DNA of 64,000 nucleotides from a virus (IMGVR_UViG_2859810971_000007), one strand, 5' to 3'; positions 22,123 to 33,962 are shown, counted from the stretch's first letter. Notes: generated by a model from the sequence alone, not told the origin. Numbers and translations: made by a program.

Positions 22123-23650
22123 CTAGGCTATCCACACCGGACGTGAGAGTCCGGCTTTTTCGCGCTCTGCGGATTCCCTGACCTGCTGGCGGAAAATGTC
22201 CTGATAATCTTCGCCCATCAGTGCCAGTTCTTTCTCATACGTGCTCAGTCCGGCCTCAATGCGCATCACCGATTCCTGGACCTCCTTGAGCCCGTCAATG
22301 GCCATTCTTCCGGAGCCAATCCACTCTGCCCGTGACCAGGCTGAACGCGCCTGGTAAAAATCAAAACGCGCCCGTGGCGGACGAATAATCCCCCGAAGAA
22401 GCGCCTCTTCCAGCCAGCAGGAAAACATCTGCGTGGCCAGCCGGGCCGCAATAAATTTTCGCCGCCCCATAAAATAGCGCCACGACTCATTGGCGGAGGC
22501 GCGGGCACTTGAGTAACTGACCTTCGAGTAATCACGGGACAACTGTTCGTAGGAAACGCCAAGACCGGCTGCAATATACCGCAGCAGCGCCTGTTCAAGC
22601 GCCGAAAATCCATTGTCTGAATCCTGCGCTGTCTGCAGGTTCAGCGCATCGCCAGGAAAAAAGGTGCGGAATTTTAACACCGCCCAGCGTCACGTTATTC
22701 GTGTCATACCAGCGGGTGAACTTCTCCAGAATATTAATAAGCGGATTATCCTGCTGACCTTGCGGTGCCCCCGCGATATATTCAAATGCCTTTTCGGTAT
22801 CAAGTTCACTTTCGATTGTGGCTGCATACATCGCCTTCACAATGGCCGACTGAAGCTGCGTGGCCTGCAGGGAGTCCAGCATCTTCATCCGCTCCATTAC
22901 GCTGTAAAACTGATTAGCCCCACGGGTCTGCCCGTCCTCCACCGGCTCAAAAATATGCAGCATGGCCGGACGCCCGGTGGGAAGCTCACGCGGGATCCGC
23001 TCCCAGCGTCCGGCACCAGAGAACGGAAAATCATCCTCACAGATATGGTACGCAATCGCCCGCCCATACCGATCGACCTCAACCCCGGCCCGCAGAAAGT
23101 GGTTCCCCATACCGTGTCCTGGCGTGTCCACCCGTTTCGGACTCACGGCTTTAAAACGCGTACGGAATAACTGCGTGGTTTCCGTATCCCAGACCGGCTG
23201 CACAAAGATTTCGCCGTTAAAGGCATGCACGCCCACCCCTTCACGGATAAATTCCGTAAACGTGCGTTTCCCTTCCACGTCGATCTCGCCAAACATTCCT
23301 TCTGCGTATTCCGACCAGGCTGCTTCCACCTCCCCGACAAAACTTTTTGCCGTGGTCTCCCGCATCCCCAGCCAACGCCAGTTCAGACGGTAGCTGATAA
23401 GAAACATGTGCCCGACGATATGATCCTTATGCAGGGCCACCGCATTAGCCGCGATACCGTTATTGCGCACCAGATCATCTGCCCGGGCATTCCCCAGACG
23501 CAATGCAGGCAACAGGGCCGCATCGGCACTCTGCGCCGGTGGTAACCACTCTGCCATTTGCCCGCCAAATCCTGCGCCGCCTCCGTTGTAGCCGAGACTC
23601 TCACGAAGCGGAACGCCGTTCACATCAATCAGGACAGGCGTTCGTTTCAT
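22123..23650 (-). pseudogene. B: portal protein B, split by a +1 T in an A/T run
   Basis: ORFs 22595-23650 and 22123-22680 are the N- and C-terminal halves of lambda B; frames rejoin if A6 at 22657-22662 were A5. Confidence 0.85.
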
Positions 23651-23850
23651 AACCTCACTCCCAGCGGTCGGCGGCGTCGGGTCGTACCCAGAACCGACTC
23701 CGCATCGTTGATCGCACGGTTAAGCTCATTCAGGGACGCTGCCGTATATTCGATCCTGCGACCGTCTTTCTGTACCAACACAACCCGTTTACCGGTTAAT
23801 AAATCAAGGCGCGCCTGACGCAGCGCCTGCAGTTCAGCGACTGTAACCAT
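23647..23850 (-). CDS. W: head-tail connector protein W
   Basis: 67-aa ORF with TGKRV-VQKDGRR-EYTA motif between A and B. Confidence 0.75.
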   Translation of the reverse strand: MVTVAELQALRQARLDLLTGKRVVLVQKDGRRIEYTAASLNELNRAINDAESVLGTTRRRRPLGVRL

Positions 23851-25762
23851 TCACTCCTCCGGACAGCTTCGCTGCCAGTTCTTCAAGGGTCGGTTGTTCA
23901 GTTGCATCCTTGCGGGATGCCGCCAGCACAGCCAGATCAAGTTGCCAGCGTTGCACGGACACACGTAATGCCGCATAGGCATACACCAGGCAGTCCAGCG
24001 CTTCGTTACGCCGCTTTTTGTTATCCCACAACAGACGCATCTTTCCTTTTTCCCACTTTTCCACCAGTTCCTCCGCCACCAGTTGTTGTGCCTCTGTCTG
24101 CGAAAAAGTCTCCGGATTATCAGGAAAGCGGATGGCATACGATGTGGCCTCATTCACAGGGGTGGGATCGGCCTTCATTCGGGCATAGAGAATTTCTTTT
24201 GCGGTATCCGTCCCCACCTCACACAGATACACACCCCGCTGATTGCGGGTTTTCGGCATGGTGATCACCGGCTTGCCATAGACAGAGGCACCTTTTACCG
24301 GCAGTACCCGGAAAACACCGTGTTTTTTTGACCTCTGATACACGATTTCGCCATCGATCCCCCCGATATCCCAGCAGACACGGGAAATGGTCATTTCGGT
24401 ACCGTCTGCATGGCGGTATTTTTTATTGATCGCCGCATCCACACGTAACAGCGTCTCTTCCTCATCAGGACGTCCCATGATGATGATTTTATCCACCAGA
24501 AAGGCTTCCTCTCCCGGAGCCCACCCCCAGACATACATCTCAAAACGGTTTCGCTGCGAGTCAATGCCCGCCGTCAGATAAACCACCCGGACAGGCACCG
24601 TTGCCGTGTAAGGCACAACCTTATCCATCAGTACCTGGTGATCGAGTTTTTCGCCCACGGCCTCTTCCCAGGTCTCGCCCAGCGTGGTGTTCACAAAAGT
24701 TTTCACGCCGTTGGGATCTTTCAGTGCATCCAGCCAGTCACAGACTATCTGTACCCAGGTGGTGAACGGACTGTACGCCGTCCATATATGGAAAGTGATG
24801 GAGCGCGGCGGCGGAATTTCATTACCCGAAGCACTGAAAAACGTCAGACCGTCACGCGTCCACATCCCGGTATTGTCACAAATCCAGCGCCCCCCGGTCT
24901 GATCAAGTTCAGACTGACGGATCACGCAGCCATTATGTTCACACAGGTAATACACCGTTTCCGGTTTACCCTTCTCCCATTTCAGGCCAAACGACGTCGC
25001 ATCATCGCCAAACTTCAGATACTGCTCCTCCCCGCAATGAGGGCAAGGGACATAAAACCGCATGAAATGCGCAGATTCATTCGCAGCTTTTTCAATCTGA
25101 CAGGAGCCTTTAATTTTTGGCGTTGAACCGCGTATGGATTTTGGCCATACCGAACCTTCAATACGTTTATCGCCAAGCAGTGTTGGCGAACCTTCTTTTT
25201 CCACATCCGGTTCAAACGAGGAGAGTTCGTCATAGCAGACCACATCGACAGATTTTTCACGGTAGTTTTTGGCAGCAGCACCACCCAAACACCAGAACCC
25301 CACACCAGAGGAAAAACGCTTCAGTGTGAGCGTATTATCCCGGTGTTTCCGGCCCAGCCAGGGAGAAAGTTTTTTCAGGCAAGGAACATCACGAATTGTT
25401 GCTTCCACGTGAGACTTCATAAAATCTTCAGCAGCTGAGTCCGTCGGCTGAAAAAGAAGAGTGTTGCGGGATTTGTGCTCAATAAAATACCCGATCACAC
25501 CAAGCACCATTTTTGTATAACCAACACGGGCAGATTTAATCAGGTTAACTGTACGAATCTCGTCATTGCCCATGCAGTTCATGATGGCGACCTGAAACGG
25601 CAGCGTTTTCCATTCCCCCTCACCGTATGACGATTCTTTAGGCAGGTAATAATTTTGATCGGCCCATTCTACAGCCGTCACCGGCAATACCCTGACCAGT
25701 GGCTGCAGTGCGATAGTGACTGCCACCATCATATTACTCAGTTGTTGTTCTGATATATTCAT
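23834..25762 (-). CDS. A: terminase large subunit A
   Basis: Start MNISEQQ at 25762; strong similarity to recalled lambda A across its length. Confidence 0.9.
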   Translation of the reverse strand: MNISEQQLSNMMVAVTIALQPLVRVLPVTAVEWADQNYYLPKESSYGEGEWKTLPFQVAIMNCMGNDEIRTVNLIKSARVGYTKMVLGVIGYFIEHKSRNTLLFQPTDSAAEDFMKSHVEATIRDVPCLKKLSPWLGRKHRDNTLTLKRFSSGVGFWCLGGAAAKNYREKSVDVVCYDELSSFEPDVEKEGSPTLLGDKRIEGSVWPKSIRGSTPKIKGSCQIEKAANESAHFMRFYVPCPHCGEEQYLKFGDDATSFGLKWEKGKPETVYYLCEHNGCVIRQSELDQTGGRWICDNTGMWTRDGLTFFSASGNEIPPPRSITFHIWTAYSPFTTWVQIVCDWLDALKDPNGVKTFVNTTLGETWEEAVGEKLDHQVLMDKVVPYTATVPVRVVYLTAGIDSQRNRFEMYVWGWAPGEEAFLVDKIIIMGRPDEEETLLRVDAAINKKYRHADGTEMTISRVCWDIGGIDGEIVYQRSKKHGVFRVLPVKGASVYGKPVITMPKTRNQRGVYLCEVGTDTAKEILYARMKADPTPVNEATSYAIRFPDNPETFSQTEAQQLVAEELVEKWEKGKMRLLWDNKKRRNEALDCLVYAYAALRVSVQRWQLDLAVLAASRKDATEQPTLEELAAKLSGGVNGYSR

Positions 25763-26041
25763 CGAGTAAATCCGGTAATTTATCCCCCGCACGCGCGCAC
25801 TGATTCGCTCCCTTAGCAATAAGGATTTTCAGATGATCAATATGACGCGGCGTTAAATCCGGGAACTGTCGTTGCATGGACAAAGGAATGGAGTCAAGCG
25901 TACTGGATAAAGCCATCGCCAGCTTACTAAGGGCAAAAATACAAAATCCGGTATCGATAAGATTTCCTTTTGACACCTGATTTTTTAACTGCTGTGCGAC
26001 AGCCTGTTCTGCGGTCAGTTCCCATCTGGCAATGAGTAGTT
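25734..26041 (-). pseudogene. nu1: terminase small subunit Nu1, C-terminal ~100 codons only, truncated by IS600
   Basis: ...LSMQRQFPDLTPRHIDHLK... matches Nu1 C-terminus; N-terminus and cos region replaced by the IS600 end. Confidence 0.7.
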
Positions 26042-26083
26042 TGAGGTGTACTGGCAATAGCGGACACTACCATTTGTTCTTTT

Positions 26084-26902
26084 TTAAGCAGCCATCTGAT
26101 GATATTTTTCCCTGAAGGCTGCCGGGGAGATATTCCCCAGACGAGAGTGACGACGCTGACGATTGTAGAAAATCTCAATGTATTCCCGTATTACTGAGAT
26201 GGCTTCATCCCGGTTATTAAAACGATAGTGGCTCAGGCTCTCATTTTTCAGCGTTCCCCAGAAGCTTTCCATCGGAGCATTGTCGTAACAGTTACCTTTA
26301 CGCGACATTGATGTTTTCAGACCAAACTGCTCCTGTATGACCCGGTAATCGTATGCGCAGTACTGTGAACCTCGATCAGAGTGGTGGATTAGCCCGGCAG
26401 GTGGGCGCTGGCTCCTGAGCGCCATAAACAGGGCTTTACCTGTCAGCTCTTTTGTCATGCGCTCTCCCATGGCGTAGCCGACAATTTCGCACGTATAAAC
26501 ATCTTTGATGCCAGCGAGGTACAACCATCCCTCCTGTGTGGCAACATACGTCAGGTCCGCCACCCAGACCTGATTTGGTGCTGTAGGAGCGAACGTCTGG
26601 TTCAGCAGATTTGGCGCAACTGGCAGATTGTGGTTCGGGTTCGTAGTCGCTCTGAACTTGCGTTTCTGCTTACAGCGTAGCCTCAGCTCCTTACGAAGAC
26701 GTGCCAGTCGGTCACGACCAACGATGATGCCATTCTCTGCCAGCTCCGTCTGGAGCCGCCGGGTTCCATATGTTTCGCGAGTGCGGATATGTGCCACCTT
26801 AATCTCCAGTTTTAGCCGCTCATCACTTTGTTTTCTGTCTGAGGGTTCATGCTGTACCCAGTTGTAATAACCGCTCCTGGATACACCAAATACCTGACAC
26901 AT
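26084..26902 (-). CDS. IS600 OrfB transposase
   Basis: 272-aa ORF near-identical to the other IS600 copies. Confidence 0.9.
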   Translation of the reverse strand: MCQVFGVSRSGYYNWVQHEPSDRKQSDERLKLEIKVAHIRTRETYGTRRLQTELAENGIIVGRDRLARLRKELRLRCKQKRKFRATTNPNHNLPVAPNLLNQTFAPTAPNQVWVADLTYVATQEGWLYLAGIKDVYTCEIVGYAMGERMTKELTGKALFMALRSQRPPAGLIHHSDRGSQYCAYDYRVIQEQFGLKTSMSRKGNCYDNAPMESFWGTLKNESLSHYRFNNRDEAISVIREYIEIFYNRQRRHSRLGNISPAAFREKYHQMAA

Positions 26903-27178
26903 CGCTTCAATGGGAAATTGTTGTCGCCATTGTTCGATTAACGCGTATTTTTCAGCGACTCCTGTGCAAAATACGCTGTTGCTTTTTTTAATATATCGCG
27001 CTCAAGGCGAGCTTCATTTAACGCCTTACGCAGTTGCAGAATTTCAGATTCCAGTTCAGCCACCGTGCGGGAACCAGGAGTACCGAGCCCTTTTCTGGCG
27101 GCGGTAACCCATTGTCCTAAAGTGTGAACCGCCCCGGGAATCCTGGAGACTAAACTTCCTGAGAAAGAGGTAAACAGG

Positions 27179-27501
27179 ATGACTAAAAATACTCGTTTTT
27201 CCCCCGAAGTCCGTCAACGGGCAGTCCGTATGGTTCTGGAAAGTCAGGGCGAATATGACTCACAATGGGCGACAATTTGTTCCATTGCCCCAAAGATTGG
27301 CTGTACGCCGGAGACTCTGCGTGTCTGGGTTCGCCAGCATGAGCGGGATACCGGGGGCGGTGATGGAGGGCTCACCACCGCTGAACGTCAGCGCCTGAAA
27401 GAGCTGGAGCGTGAAAATCGTGAACTGCGCCGCAGTAACAATATCCTTCGCCAGGCTTCCGCTTATTTTGCGAAGGCGGAGTTCGACCGCCTCTGGAAAA
27501 A

Positions 27502-27505
<4 letters not shown>
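27179..27505 (+). CDS. IS629 OrfA
   Basis: 108-aa [25 protein letters not shown]... Confidence 0.85.
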
Positions 27506-28388
<883 letters not shown>

Positions 28389-29379
28389 GTTCACAGATAA
28401 AACACTCTCCAGGAAACCCGGGCGGTTCAGTGCCTTCAGGAAGAGATAATCGGGAAGCGCCTTCACTGATCGAAAGTTGATTTTCAAGAACCGTTCTGAC
28501 AGCTTCGGCTTTGAACTCTTTAGAGTAACGTTGGGTTTTTCTGCTCATTATTAGCTCCTTCTGATGCCATTCTATTTCAGGAAGGAGTGTCCGTTAAACT
28601 CAGGCTACCTCACTGATCCAACCACTGCAAAAACCAGTAGCCGGCACTGCCGGCGGAGGTGCCGTAGGCAATGCCTGTTGATATTTTTTCCATCTGATAC
28701 ATATCCCGCCCCCCGACAGACCTGTGCTATCGGAAAGAAAAAAGGCCATCAGCAAAACTCTGATGGCCTGAATCACCTTTACCAATATTGTATGAAAAAA
28801 CACGCACGACTAATTGACAATAATTTTCATTTCCATTAAAAAAGATCGCGCAGCATTCTTAATTCATGAGGAACTTTACCCGCCAGCAATCTGAGTAGCG
28901 AAAGCTGTTCATCCCAATGTTTTTGCTGGCGGGTCCTTTTTTCTACGGTCCTCCTCCCCGGAGGGGCATTTCATTATTTTTCTAATCGTTACTGGTGAGA
29001 AGGCGGAAGAAAAAGCCAGTTCTTCGCCCCTAAATAATAGCATGATTCCAGTCCATGCAAAATCTGATTTCCAGCTCACACATACCGAGCACTGTACAAA
29101 AAACCGCCAACCAAGGCAGTTAAGAGTGTGTTCCCGGGGTTTGCTTAGAATATTTTGTAAGTTGTCCGAAGAGATATTTACAACACCAGAATGATGCATT
29201 ATCAGTCCCCTGCCAGAGGTTCACTACGTAACCTGACCGACAATGCACCATTCTGGTGCTGAAAAAAGAGCACTGGAACTGCAACAAAACAACATCACAG
29301 AACAGGAGATGGTAAGGAGTCAGACATTCCCACACAATATTGTGTCAGTGCAAATAACAACCTTCGTCTCAAATCTCGC

Positions 29380-29454
<75 letters not shown>

Positions 29455-29457
29455 ATA

Positions 29458-29532
<75 letters not shown>

Positions 29533-29534
29533 GC

Positions 29535-29611
29535 TGGCCCACCACCGAGGACTCGAACCTCGCACCGTCAACTTAGAAGGTTGATGCTCTATCCGGATGA
29601 GCTAGTGGTGG
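29535..29611 (-). tRNA. tRNA-Arg (anticodon UCU)
   Basis: 77-nt cloverleaf: acceptor CCACCAC/GTGGTGG, anticodon arm TCAAC-CTTCTAA-GTTGA, T-arm CGAGG-TTCGAGT-CCTCG, 3' CCA. Confidence 0.7.
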
Positions 29612-29612
29612 T

Positions 29613-29689
29613 TGGTGGCCCTTGCTGGACTTGAACCAGCGACCTGGCGATTATGAGTCGCTCGCTCTGACCAACTGAGCTAAAGGGCC
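29613..29689 (-). tRNA. tRNA with CAU anticodon (Ile2/lysidine-type or Met)
   Basis: 77-nt cloverleaf: acceptor GGCCCTT/AAGGGCC, anticodon loop CTCATAA, T-arm GCTGG-TTCAAGT-CCAGC; resembles recalled ileX/ileZ. Confidence 0.7.
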
Positions 29690-29775
29690 GGAGGCAGAAT
29701 AATAACCATATGTCATCACATCTGCAAACTCATCTGATCACCAGCACGTTTAACGTCCTGTGCCGTTTTTCAGGT

Positions 29776-29800
29776 ATAAAAAAAACCGCATAAAGCGGGC
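29776..29800 (-). terminator. possible intrinsic terminator between Q-like gene and tRNA array
   Basis: Minus strand reads GCCCGCTTTATGCGG followed by T8; short GC stem. Confidence 0.3.
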
Positions 29801-29878
29801 TCTTTCAAATGTCCATGTCTGCTATTCGCCTCGCGGTACAGCTTTGCGATGCGTACAAGAATTGAAGCAGTTTTTACG

Positions 29879-30433
29879 TCAAAAAGCAATAACTTTTTTC
29901 TCTATACCAAAAGCCATAACCATTGGTTTGTGCAAAATAAATTCTGCCACCTTTAGCCAATGCTCAATGCGTCTTTCACAGGTTCTTAAACTCCATTTCG
30001 GGTGTGCATCATTCAGCAGTTCAGCCATTTTGCATTTGGTCATCCCCCGCCCCTCATACCGTTGCCGAAGGACGCTAATCAATCCTGGATGCTCTGCCAG
30101 CACCTCACTTATGACCCGATCAATACATAACGCCTCTGCATCAGTACAATGCGCCAGCCAGCTCTTTTGCTTACCGTTAATCATATCCCGCAAAAAAGCC
30201 TCAAGTTCAGACTTGTTCAGACCTGCTTTTTTCATCCTCCGGAGCGCCTCGTTAATTGCCGTTTTTGTCAGCTTTTTAGAGGTCAACATCAGGTTAAACA
30301 TATTCCCCGTCTTACCGCCACCAATATACGACCAGCGCCCCCACATACGTAGTTTTCCCTGAATCCAGACACTTTCCAGCGTGGTGAGACGAAGGTGTTC
30401 TCCGCTTTTTCCTGTATTCGTTGGGTAAATCAT
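29879..30433 (-). CDS. late-gene antiterminator Q-like protein
   Basis: 184-aa frame from ATG 30433 (ATGA overlap with upstream stop); position upstream of tRNA array fits lambdoid Q; family from recall. Confidence 0.55.
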   Translation of the reverse strand: MIYPTNTGKSGEHLRLTTLESVWIQGKLRMWGRWSYIGGGKTGNMFNLMLTSKKLTKTAINEALRRMKKAGLNKSELEAFLRDMINGKQKSWLAHCTDAEALCIDRVISEVLAEHPGLISVLRQRYEGRGMTKCKMAELLNDAHPKWSLRTCERRIEHWLKVAEFILHKPMVMAFGIEKKVIAF

Positions 30434-30720
30434 AAATATCCATCCTTTCTCCAGATTTCTTGTGTGCGAAAAACACCTTCTGCATGCATCAGGCGTAATT
30501 CTTCTTTGGTGTAATCGCTGGTTTTTACCCGCCCGTCGATTAAATCGTGGCACGAGCTACAGGCAATCGCTGCCTGCATATCGTGTGGCTTTATCGCTGT
30601 TCCGCACGTTCCCGCCAGTCGGTAATGCGCCAGCACAGACGTTTCCGGAGCGTGATTGCAGTAGCCAGGAATTCTGACGGTGCACATCTGCCCCCGCGCC
30701 GCTTTAAGTAAATCCACCAT
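30430..30720 (-). CDS. YbcO-like nin-region protein (DUF1364-type, Cys-rich)
   Basis: 96-aa ORF resembling recalled DLP12 YbcO (CxVRIPGxCN...ETSVLAH...IACSxCHD). Confidence 0.6.
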   Translation of the reverse strand: MVDLLKAARGQMCTVRIPGYCNHAPETSVLAHYRLAGTCGTAIKPHDMQAAIACSSCHDLIDGRVKTSDYTKEELRLMHAEGVFRTQEIWRKDGYL

Positions 30721-31319
30721 TACGCAAACTCCAGCAGCTGCGCGGCCACATTTTCGACTTGTTCCGGAGAGGAAAATTTACGGAACAGAATCCAGTTCCA
30801 CAGCACATTCAGTACAGATTTATAAACCTGCTGAAACTCGGTTTCGTCCATATTCGCAAACGCGATAGATTTCGCCCGACACCCACGGCTACCGTCCGGA
30901 TAAAAATGCTCGGTGTAAAATCCGGCCTGAATGGCTACCCACTCGCGGAAAGCCTCAAACGACTTTAGCAATGCCGTATCACGGGTTCTGCGTGTCGCAA
31001 CTGTATTCAGATATTGCTCTGCGGCTTCGCTCAGAGCTGGCGTATGTTCCCGGCCTACTGATTCACACAGGTAATCAACGAAACCGGACACCAGTTTTCG
31101 TTCGCGAGGCGTGATCGCCCCACCGACCGGAGTCCAGTAATCGAAACCCAGTTGCAGGAGTTTGAAAAAACGCTTGTGGAATGCGTAGTTACGCACACGC
31201 TTAAAGTCTGCGTGTATCCACTCACCTATTTTGATTTGATGCAGAAAATCGCAACTCTCCGGCGTCGCCGGGAGAAGTAATCCGGAAGAGGTTTGTTTGA
31301 CCAGTTGTATATGTGCCAT
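30720..31319 (-). CDS. nin-region hypothetical protein (DUF1367/YbcN-like)
   Basis: Start MAHIQLVKQ at 31319 with GGAG RBS; family assignment tentative. Confidence 0.45.
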   Translation of the reverse strand: MAHIQLVKQTSSGLLLPATPESCDFLHQIKIGEWIHADFKRVRNYAFHKRFFKLLQLGFDYWTPVGGAITPRERKLVSGFVDYLCESVGREHTPALSEAAEQYLNTVATRRTRDTALLKSFEAFREWVAIQAGFYTEHFYPDGSRGCRAKSIAFANMDETEFQQVYKSVLNVLWNWILFRKFSSPEQVENVAAQLLEFA

Positions 31320-31357
31320 CGGCTTTCTCCGGTGGCACGGTGTTACACAGCAGGAGT

Positions 31358-31645
31358 TCAATCCTGCTCAAGATTGTAGATGAGTTTATTCTTCAGCAAA
31401 AGCAGAAAACCAGCCTTAAAACCAATCTTTTTCAAAACCCGTAATGATGTGACAAATTCGTCCTCACGCAAAATAAAACCGTCCGTCAGAAGTCCATTAC
31501 AAAAATAAAATAACACAGCACCGCTCTTCCTTTGTTGAGATTGCAAACATCTAATGCGGCAATGGCTGACAATCGCTCCATTCTCAACGCGCACAGCATA
31601 GAGGCCATTTTCACTAAAAATTTCACGCAATTCTTCGATTTTCAT
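31358..31645 (-). CDS. hypothetical prophage protein
   Basis: 95-aa ORF co-oriented and tightly packed with neighbours; no recognised domain. Confidence 0.35.
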   Translation of the reverse strand: MKIEELREIFSENGLYAVRVENGAIVSHCRIRCLQSQQRKSGAVLFYFCNGLLTDGFILREDEFVTSLRVLKKIGFKAGFLLLLKNKLIYNLEQD

Positions 31646-31894
31646 CTTCAGAATCCTTCCAGATAAATAGCTCTCCCCTGTTCGGGGTCCATCCCTCTTC
31701 TCCCTGCGCGCTACTTAAGTGAGTCGATTCTATCTGCGAAGGTGCGCGAATCAAATTCACCGGAAATAAACAACAAAAAACCCGCCGAAACGCTGAGAGA
31801 TCACAGCGATGGGCGGGTTAAGTGCGGGTGCGTTGAGGATGCCTGACACATCAGAGGTGGGCGGGGATGGGATCAGCTCCCCACCCGGTCACTC

Positions 31895-32050
31895 TTACTT
31901 CCTGGATTCGTAGTCTACGAAGACAGCGACCTCCGTCTGGCCGGTTCGGATTCGTACCTCACAGAGGTCTTTCCTCGTTACCAGTGCCGTCACTATGACG
32001 GTTAAACAGATGACGATCAGGGCGATTAACATCGCCTTTTGCTGCTTCAT
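31895..32050 (-). CDS. hok: Hok/Gef-family type I toxin
   Basis: MKQQKAMLIALIVICLTVIVTALVTRKDLCEVRIRTGQTEVAVF, near-identical to recalled HokD/RelF; longer overlapping frame 31895-32107 is mok-like. Confidence 0.8.
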   Translation of the reverse strand: MKQQKAMLIALIVICLTVIVTALVTRKDLCEVRIRTGQTEVAVFVDYESRK

Positions 32051-32277
32051 AGCCTGCTTCTCCTTGCCTTTCGGCATGTAAGAGGCTAACCTACATGTGC
32101 AAAGCATGAAATTGGCCTCAGATTAATGTTAAGCGTCTTGCCGGACGCGTAATGTTAACTGGGGCTTTTCTCTATCTGCCTTTTGGTGTTCATGCCTGAA
32201 GCAGATAGCCTCAAGCACCCGCAGTCATTCTACTTACCTCGCCAATATGAAATCAATCAGAAAGGTGCCCCATAAAA

Positions 32278-32964
32278 TCACTCCTTCTCTTCTTTACCGT
32301 AGTGGAGTTGACCAATTTTGATAAGAGGGCGTCCCTGAGATTTGCGGTGTAGATTGGTATCGCGCAGAGAATACACACAGCCACAATATTCCTGCTGATA
32401 GAATTTTTCGCGCTTGCTGATTTCAATCATACGGGACGAGCCGCCCTGCTTGCGCCAGTTATAATCCCAGTACACCATGCCCGGATAATGCGCGACGGCT
32501 CGCCGCCCACAGTCGTTAACCTGCTGCATATTTTTCCAGCGTGAAATGCCCAGTGAACTGCTGATCACACTGAAACCATTTTCAGCGGCGTACAGCGCTG
32601 TCCGCTCAAAACGCATGTCAAAACACATGGTGCAACGGATCCCTCGTTCGGGCTCCCATTCCATTCCTTTGGCTCGTTCAAACCAGTTGTCTGTGTCGTA
32701 ATCAGCATCAATAAACGGCACGCCGTGTTGTTCAGCAAAGCGAATATTCTCATCCTTACGAATTAAATACTCTTTCTGAGGATGAATGTTCGGGTTGTAG
32801 AAAAAGATGGTGTAGTCGATTCCCGAGGCCTGAAGCGCCTCCATCACCTCACCGGAACATGGAGCACAGCAAGAGTGCAGTAGTAGTTTGTTTGCCCCGT
32901 TTGGGAGCTCCAATTTGGGCCGTTTGAAATCAGCAACTGTCATAAATATGTTTATTGAGGTCAT
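32278..32964 (-). CDS. QueH-like protein (DUF208, putative epoxyqueuosine reductase)
   Basis: Motifs [48 protein letters not shown] match my recollection of DUF208/QueH. Confidence 0.6.
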   Translation of the reverse strand: MTSINIFMTVADFKRPKLELPNGANKLLLHSCCAPCSGEVMEALQASGIDYTIFFYNPNIHPQKEYLIRKDENIRFAEQHGVPFIDADYDTDNWFERAKGMEWEPERGIRCTMCFDMRFERTALYAAENGFSVISSSLGISRWKNMQQVNDCGRRAVAHYPGMVYWDYNWRKQGGSSRMIEISKREKFYQQEYCGCVYSLRDTNLHRKSQGRPLIKIGQLHYGKEEKE

Positions 32965-33111
32965 AAAAATATCAAAGAGTGTAGCATTAGAACGGGGCTA
33001 TCGGAAACAGATGTGTGACTGCTCCCCGCCCTTTCGGGCGGTCTCCTGATGATTTGAGGGTGCAGAAATCCCTCCGGTTAAGGATTAAATTTTTAACAGT
33101 GCTAAATTTAA

Positions 33112-33525
33112 TTATTCAGTTCTGGATTTTGTCGCCCTGCGTATCCGCGCTTTCGCGTTACGCTCAATCTGTATCAGCTTTTCTATATTTCTCCGCCTTT
33201 CCTGTTCCTCCTGGCGCAATAGCCTTACATCATCTGCCAGTCTGGTTTCTCTTTTTGCCACAGAGAGCATCCAGTCAAACGGCTCCACAACCGCACCGCA
33301 GATTTTACAGCGGACCTGACGCTCTTTTTCGTCAACCCGTACAGAGGCGTGATGGCAATATGGTCTTTCCGATGGCTTATAAAGAAAATTAACCTGATTA
33401 CGAGGGTCATCCTCTTTTATCGGAAATAAAACGATATTGCTTAACTCATCTTCTGGTTTTATTTCCATGCTCCTCTCCTTTGATGTGAATGCCAGCGGTA
33501 ATTGAAGCCTGATAGCTAATTTCAT
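33112..33525 (-). CDS. hypothetical prophage protein with Cys/His cluster (possible zinc ribbon)
   Basis: 137-aa ORF (probable start MEIKPEDEL) with CHH...CKIC cluster. Confidence 0.4.
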   Translation of the reverse strand: MKLAIRLQLPLAFTSKERSMEIKPEDELSNIVLFPIKEDDPRNQVNFLYKPSERPYCHHASVRVDEKERQVRCKICGAVVEPFDWMLSVAKRETRLADDVRLLRQEEQERRRNIEKLIQIERNAKARIRRATKSRTE

Positions 33526-33948
33526 TCACAGTATCGCCTCCTGAAAATTACCCTGATAGAAAGCCAGTACACGCTGCATAGCTTCGCTCTTCCGGCACTC
33601 GCGACAGATTATATTCAGGCGCCTGTCGTAGCGGCGTATTTCTCCGTCAGGTAATGACCAGATAAGGTCCGGATCAACAACAACCGGTTTCCTCACCTTT
33701 ACTCTCGAGAGTTTTTTGCGGGCGCTTTGCCAGTCCTTGCGAGCCTGTTCAGACGGGAATAAGCCGTAGCCAGAATTATATACATCACCACTTGCGACCA
33801 GTTCTATGCATAAGCGACCGACAGACGCACGACTGATACCTGTTTCATCGGACAACTGCCGAATCGTGACCCGACCGTCCTGATGCACGAGTTCCACAAT
33901 TCGCGTCTTCAGTTCTTCCCGCTGTTCGGGAGTAAAAGGTTTCGCCAT
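33526..33948 (-). CDS. hypothetical prophage protein, possible DNA-binding (YdaW-like position)
   Basis: 140-aa ORF immediately downstream of the DnaC-like gene. Confidence 0.4.
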   Translation of the reverse strand: MAKPFTPEQREELKTRIVELVHQDGRVTIRQLSDETGISRASVGRLCIELVASGDVYNSGYGLFPSEQARKDWQSARKKLSRVKVRKPVVVDPDLIWSLPDGEIRRYDRRLNIICRECRKSEAMQRVLAFYQGNFQEAIL

Positions 33949-33962
33949 AAATCCTCCTGAAA

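Noticed and set aside
28613-29379. Shiga toxin genes (stxA/stxB) or lysis genes downstream of the Q-tRNA module
   Set aside because: ORFs here (28909-29199, 29120-29335, 29243-29428) show no similarity to the StxA/StxB or holin/endolysin sequences I know and look non-coding
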